From Peptoniphilus harei (GTDB lineage: Bacteria > Bacillota > Clostridia > Tissierellales > Peptoniphilaceae), in NCBI GenBank assembly GCA_032560695.1, contig JAWGHR010000004.1:67490-131489 (forward strand): a stretch of DNA of 64,000 nucleotides, given 5' to 3'. Numbering within the stretch: position 1 is the stretch's first letter; each line of letters begins with the position of its first letter. Positions 58,921-64,000 of the stretch are shown here, one piece after another. Both the position numbers and the translations under genes were made by a program. The notes under the pieces are model-generated. The model saw nothing but the letters and a program-made list of their open reading frames with translations. It had not been told where the DNA came from and searched no databases.

Positions 58921-60623
58921 TGAAAGATGATAAAAAAGAAATTTTTGAAATAGCTAGAAAGCTTTTAAAAGAGTCTACAATTGGCTTTAGGAACTTCCTA
59001 AAAAAAGATGAATTCGCCCCCATGAGGGACAACCCCTACATCATGGGTAGGAGTGACGAAGATCTTGCATCCTTTGTCTTATTTGACTTCAAAGACTTCT
59101 ATCCAAATTCTGACAGAGTCCTTAGAAATCTTTTAGAATCTCAGGGTCTTGATGAGTTTACAATAGAAAGAATGAAAAAAATCTTGAGGGATTCCTATGT
59201 TTCTCTCTTTAATATAGAAAAAAAAGATGATCACTACCTATTCTATGACTGCATCTTAGATGAATATATAGAAGTAGAACTTGATAAAGGGATTGAACTT
59301 TTTAAGAGCACTAAGGGACTTATTAGGGTCTTCGGCGAAGAGGAGAGAAAGATGGTCCTCCAAGTTGTGCAAATGATGGATGATAAATATTTCTTCGCCT
59401 ACCAAAGCAACTTGAAAAATTTATTTGACCACATAGAGGAAGAGTACGGTCCCTTTAAATTAAATAAAGATTTTATAAAGAGAGACTTTTTAAATCTCCT
59501 AGCAGTCTATGAGGTGACTTACGAAAACTTAAAGGAAGAGCCAGACCTAGACGACTATGCCTTTTATGAGTTTGAAGAGCTCCTAGACTCCTTTGAGCCA
59601 GAGGACCTTAGGGTTGCACAGAACCTAGACTACTACAAAAAATTGTTTCCTGGCTCCAACGAAGACATAATAATAGGATTTATTATAAGATTGTTCTCAA
59701 AGATTTACTTCAACATTCTTGCTGAAGAAGGCAAGTCCTTTGGCGACTACAATCTTGACTACAAAAGGATTTTCAAGGATCTAGCTGAGTCTGGCGAGTT
59801 TTTAAATCAAGAAGAGCTGGCAAATTCTATAGACTTTCTAATTATTTTCTACTCAAAACTTGCCCTACTTGGAAGACCGGTTAATTCAATGTTAAATGAT
59901 TTGAGAGAAATCCAAGAAAATATTTTTTATTATCTTGACCTCTTAAAGAACAGCCAAGATGGCTTCTATTACGATGACAACATTTTAAAAATCTTGTCAA
60001 AAAATAAGAAGGCTGTCTTCTCTAACAAGTTTATAGAAAACTTCGACAACTTCATTGAGTTTTTGGACATGAATTATGTCAGCGTCTTAAAGTCTGGCGA
60101 CCTTTCCCCTGCCAAGCTGAGGGAATTCACAGACTCCCTTGACATAAGTCCTACAAGAGAAGTAAAAACCTATAAAAATTTTCACTTCCCTTTAATTGAG
60201 CTCTATCTCAATTTTATGATAAAAAAATATCTCACTCTAATCGAAGGAAAGGATGAGAAAGAGGAAATTTATCTCACAGACACTGCAGACAACTATTTGG
60301 TCTTTGACGACATTACCAAGCTTGCAATTTGGATTGAGGCCATAACTAATAAGGACTTCTTAAGTGCTTCCTTTGGCAAGAATTATGAAAATTACAGGGA
60401 CTTTGTCATAGGATTGATGAAGGACCTAAGTGAAGACAAGTCTATAAGTTCTGAAAAGTTTAAAGACTATGAGTCATCCCTCATAAATATCCTAAAAGAT
60501 CTTGGAGTTCTTGAAAAAAGAGAAGAAAAATTAAAAATTACAAACTTCGGAAGAGACGTCTACGACTACTACAGAACAGAAGAGGCAAACTCCAACAACG
60601 TCATAGAAGTTGATTTCAAATAA
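58920..60623 (+). CDS. Hypothetical protein (567 aa)
   Basis: Long ORF coupled to the upstream gene (TAATG) and followed by a terminator. Confidence 0.7.
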   Translation: MKDDKKEIFEIARKLLKESTIGFRNFLKKDEFAPMRDNPYIMGRSDEDLASFVLFDFKDFYPNSDRVLRNLLESQGLDEFTIERMKKILRDSYVSLFNIEKKDDHYLFYDCILDEYIEVELDKGIELFKSTKGLIRVFGEEERKMVLQVVQMMDDKYFFAYQSNLKNLFDHIEEEYGPFKLNKDFIKRDFLNLLAVYEVTYENLKEEPDLDDYAFYEFEELLDSFEPEDLRVAQNLDYYKKLFPGSNEDIIIGFIIRLFSKIYFNILAEEGKSFGDYNLDYKRIFKDLAESGEFLNQEELANSIDFLIIFYSKLALLGRPVNSMLNDLREIQENIFYYLDLLKNSQDGFYYDDNILKILSKNKKAVFSNKFIENFDNFIEFLDMNYVSVLKSGDLSPAKLREFTDSLDISPTREVKTYKNFHFPLIELYLNFMIKKYLTLIEGKDEKEEIYLTDTADNYLVFDDITKLAIWIEAITNKDFLSASFGKNYENYRDFVIGLMKDLSEDKSISSEKFKDYESSLINILKDLGVLEKREEKLKITNFGRDVYDYYRTEEANSNNVIEVDFK

Positions 60624-60845
60624 ATAAATTTGGACCTGGTAAGCCAGGTCTTTTTTATTGAATTCAATTCAACAGGTAAATTTTTAAAATAGTCAAACAA
60701 AAAAATCTTTATAGCCTTCTAAAGTATTACAAACAAAAATTTTTAAAAAATCCAAGAAAACCTTTTTCTTTGCTATTACTGTGATATAATAAATCGAAAG
60801 GCTAGCTGTTTGATAAACTTTTATTATTTTAAAGGAGGAATAATA

Positions 60846-62150
60846 ATGGAAAGTAAAAAATTTAACTCGAAGGACATCTTAATGTTCATTTTATATTCAC
60901 TATTTGGAATTTTCATGTTCTTCGTACCAATTAAAATTGGAGAAGCTAACACCATCCCCATTGACCACTTAACATCTTTTGTTAAGAAGGCACCAAATTA
61001 TAACTTAATCTTTGGGGTTTTCATGGTTGTAGCTGGTATAGTTTATGCAATTAAGACAAAGTCTTGGCAAAAAAGTAAACTTCACATGGTTTTCTTTGCA
61101 CTAAAATTAGTTGCCCTTGTCTTTGTGTTTATGTATTTAACAAATAAGGGACCAGCAAGAATATTTGACGGTGATATGCTTCCACTTATCTGGAACGGAA
61201 TCATGGTATCTGTAACAACAATTGTGCCAATTGGTTCAGTCTTTCTTGCCTTCTTGACAGGCTTTGGACTTATGGAATTTATTGGAGTCTTCATGGAACC
61301 TGTAATGAAACCAGTATTTAAAACACCTGGTAGATCAGCAGTTGATGCTGTTGCATCCTTCGTTGGTTCTTATTCATTAGCACTTTTAATCACAAACAGA
61401 GTTTACATGGAAGACACTTATACAAAGAAGGAAGCTGCAATTATAGCAACTGGATTCTCAACAGTTTCTGCAACTTTTATGATTATAGTAGCAAAAACTC
61501 TTGACCTTATGGATTACTGGCTAGCTTACTTCTGGATTACACTTTTTGTTACTTTCTTAGTAACAGCAATAACAGCAAGAATTTTCCCACTTAACAAGAA
61601 GCCACAAGAATATTATTCTGGCAAGGAATATATACCAGAAGCAAAGAAGAAAGTCACTTTCTCAGATGCACTTAACACAGGTATGGAAGCCTACAAAAAC
61701 GCTGACTCTTTAGGAAAAGTTATAAAAGATAACTTCATCGATGGTTTTAAAATGGCGCTTAACATTGCCCCATCTCTTCTTGGCGTTGGTATGATTGGAC
61801 TTTTACTTGCAGAGTACACTCCAATCTTTGACATAATCGGCTATATCTTCTATCCATTTACACTTATCACAAAAGTAGAAGAACCACTTATGGTTGCACA
61901 AGCACTGGGAATGAGTATTGCAGAAATGCTTCTTCCAGCACCACTTGTAGCAGAAGCTGGCCTTGGCCTAATAACAAAAATGCTAGTAGCAATAGTTTCT
62001 GTATCAGAAATCCTATTCTTCTCAGCATCAATTCCAGTTATGATGGGAACTGAAATACCTCTAAAATTTTCAGATTACATTATCATCTGGATTGAAAGAG
62101 TTATTTTAAGTATTCTAATTTCAATGCCAATACTTTATCTTATATTTTAG
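60846..62150 (+). CDS. YjiH family (nucleoside-recognition GATE domain) transporter
   Basis: GLMEFIG...P.M.P.FKTPGRSAVDAVASFVGS, ATGFSTVS. Confidence 0.85.
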   Translation: MESKKFNSKDILMFILYSLFGIFMFFVPIKIGEANTIPIDHLTSFVKKAPNYNLIFGVFMVVAGIVYAIKTKSWQKSKLHMVFFALKLVALVFVFMYLTNKGPARIFDGDMLPLIWNGIMVSVTTIVPIGSVFLAFLTGFGLMEFIGVFMEPVMKPVFKTPGRSAVDAVASFVGSYSLALLITNRVYMEDTYTKKEAAIIATGFSTVSATFMIIVAKTLDLMDYWLAYFWITLFVTFLVTAITARIFPLNKKPQEYYSGKEYIPEAKKKVTFSDALNTGMEAYKNADSLGKVIKDNFIDGFKMALNIAPSLLGVGMIGLLLAEYTPIFDIIGYIFYPFTLITKVEEPLMVAQALGMSIAEMLLPAPLVAEAGLGLITKMLVAIVSVSEILFFSASIPVMMGTEIPLKFSDYIIIWIERVILSILISMPILYLIF

Positions 62151-62256
62151 ATAATTTCTTTAATTAAATAATAGAAATGAGGGACTCGCAGGGTTCCTCT
62201 TTTTTTGTTTTTACAGATAATTTACAATCTCTTGTTATCATTAACTTGGTGATAAT

Positions 62257-62502
62257 ATGAAATTTTTATTCTTAACTAAGTCAATAATTTATATAAGTTT
62301 AGAATTTTTATTTGCCTATGGCTTAGAAAAATCAAATAAATTAAATCACAAATATTTTTATCTCTTGGCAATTTCTATAATAATCTTAGAAATAATAAAA
62401 ATAAAAAATTATAATTCAGACTTTTGGGATAGACAAGCTATTGGATTTTTGCTTGGATATTGCCTTTACTTTTTCATAAAAAAACGCATAAAAAAAGACT
62501 AG
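62257..62502 (+). CDS. Small hypothetical membrane protein
   Basis: GGTGA RBS, three hydrophobic segments, very AT-rich. Confidence 0.4.
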   Translation: MKFLFLTKSIIYISLEFLFAYGLEKSNKLNHKYFYLLAISIIILEIIKIKNYNSDFWDRQAIGFLLGYCLYFFIKKRIKKD

Positions 62503-62531
62503 CCTGAGCTAGTCCCTATAACTTAAATATT

Positions 62532-63560
62532 TTAGTAAGCTTGATCGTAATGCATGTCAAGAGTTTTTAATAGCTTTTCTACATCCTTCTTGTTTACCTT
62601 TATAAATTTAAGCTTCTTTGCCTTTGCAATTTCTCCATTTATTGTCTTTATCATTCTCTCTGGATTATCGTCGATATGAAGTGGAGTTCTAAAATAACTG
62701 AAAGTTCCATCGTAATTTAAATAATAATCAAAGTGTTCAAGCCCTGCCATACATGGACCAGAATTAAGACCCAAGTAGTCTCTTTGATAATATTCCTCTA
62801 ACTTAGTATCTTCATAACCTGCTATGCCTTGACCCCTCTTAGTCAATCCTATTCCAAGACCATCCTGCTTAGGGTAAAAATATGGATTTTTGTTTTGTTC
62901 AGGTTCAAAAAATTGTCCAGCCTTGGCAAAGGAAAGCCAAGCAAGACATCCTTCAACATCTCCATTCTTATAACCCTTAAAGACTTTGGATTCTTGTGCC
63001 CTCATAGCCCTTTCGTATTGAGTCTTTTCTTCATCAGACTTGCCTGCCATGTCCTTATTGTAAAGGTAGTCAAGACCAAGTGGGTCCAAGACTTCCTTCT
63101 TTTCTTCTTTTATCTTACTAGCGTCATAGCCTTCGCCAATTACAACAACCCTCTTGTCATTGTCCCAGTCAACTCTTTCGCCAAAGGCTTCAGCAATTGC
63201 CCTTAGGGGCACAAAAGTCCTGTCGTCTTTAATAAGAGCAGGTGCATCAAGCTCAATCTTCCTGTCAACATTTGCTGAAATGTCTTCCATAAACTTCCCA
63301 CCAATAAGAAGAGAAAACTCATTTCCCTTTTCGTCCTTAATGTTGACAGACCTATTGGCACCATCCCAAGTAACTTCCTTTCCAAGATTTTCAGAAATCA
63401 CCCTAAGAGGCACCATGGTCCTCTCTTGATAAATGTAAGGAGCCACATCAGACTTAATAAGATTGCCCTTCATCCAAATCCTAATGTTAGAATTTGCAGT
63501 GACAAAAGTTGGGATAGCAAGAGCTAAGATTGACGCCCCCAAAATAAATTTCTTCCTCAT
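62532..63560 (-). CDS. Secreted protein with copper-amine-oxidase N-terminal-like (stalk) domain and unknown C-terminus
   Basis: Signal peptide; RTMVPLRVISENLG..V.WD and RTFVPLRAIAEAFG..V.WD repeats. Confidence 0.8.
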   Translation of the reverse strand: MRKKFILGASILALAIPTFVTANSNIRIWMKGNLIKSDVAPYIYQERTMVPLRVISENLGKEVTWDGANRSVNIKDEKGNEFSLLIGGKFMEDISANVDRKIELDAPALIKDDRTFVPLRAIAEAFGERVDWDNDKRVVVIGEGYDASKIKEEKKEVLDPLGLDYLYNKDMAGKSDEEKTQYERAMRAQESKVFKGYKNGDVEGCLAWLSFAKAGQFFEPEQNKNPYFYPKQDGLGIGLTKRGQGIAGYEDTKLEEYYQRDYLGLNSGPCMAGLEHFDYYLNYDGTFSYFRTPLHIDDNPERMIKTINGEIAKAKKLKFIKVNKKDVEKLLKTLDMHYDQAY

Positions 63561-63755
63561 AAAATCCTCCTTTTTTTAATTTTAAAACATTTCGCTAATT
63601 ACTCTCTTTAGTATGATTATATCTTAAAAACAATTAAAAAGGAGTATAAAATATAAAGCTATGAGAGTTTACAAGTCTGAGTCTTATAATAACTTCACAA
63701 TAAATTTGCACAAAAAAACTGCTGGGTCCTTACCCAACAGTTTAATTCAAATTAA

Positions 63756-63980
63756 TTAGTCAGCGCTATATGGAAGAAGTGCAATTTGTCTTGCTCTCTT
63801 GATAGCTACTGTCATTTCTCTTTGATGTTTAGCGTTTAAGCCAGTGATTCTTCTTGGAAGAATCTTTCCACGGTCAGAAATGTAATTTCTTAGTGTTTCA
63901 ACATCTTTATAGTCAATTTTTTTAGTCTTATCTTTTTCAAAAGGATCTACTTTTTTCCTTCTGCCAAATCTTCTTTGCAT
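63756..63980 (-). CDS. rpsR: 30S ribosomal protein S18 (Cys-lacking form)
   Basis: [27 protein letters not shown]...AIKRAR..ALLPY. Confidence 0.96.
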   Translation of the reverse strand: MQRRFGRRKKVDPFEKDKTKKIDYKDVETLRNYISDRGKILPRRITGLNAKHQREMTVAIKRARQIALLPYSAD

Positions 63981-64000
63981 TTTTACCCTCCTTAAAATGG

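Overview
AT-rich chromosomal region of an anaerobic Firmicute; gene content and style suggest Tissierellia/Peptoniphilus (inference). Most genes lie on the minus strand, and rpsR, mscS and DUF951 suggest an oriC-proximal arm. The window is largely housekeeping and metabolic: pepA, secG-hppA, gap, two ppk2, a citrate lyase cluster, threonine dehydratase, tkt, tagA, tyrS, pepD, rubredoxin, ung, trkA-trkH-trkA, proC, a chrA pair, pta, folP, tmRNA, tRNA-Pro, two cstA, phoA, hpf and rpsR. I saw no integrase, transposase, CRISPR array or rRNA. The most notable observations are: (1) a degenerate 18-bp-period array of about 18 quasi-palindromic units filling the space between the citF terminator and the metA promoter; (2) a miniaturised Tyr T-box with no apical Stem I and apparently no Stem II; (3) a MetA-aspartokinase fusion without ACT domains under a Met T-box; (4) a Cys-Cys-Cys protein/MoxR/vWA module between duplicated cstA genes; (5) an uncalled 21-aa hydrophobic sORF between secG and hppA; (6) a DnaA-box cluster outside any visible oriC context; (7) an intact MazF/EndoA with no adjacent antitoxin, behind an AcpS-NnrD fusion; (8) a 25-bp direct repeat bracketing an esterase gene and a relE remnant. 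All calls were made by eye from sequence motifs, with no database searches.
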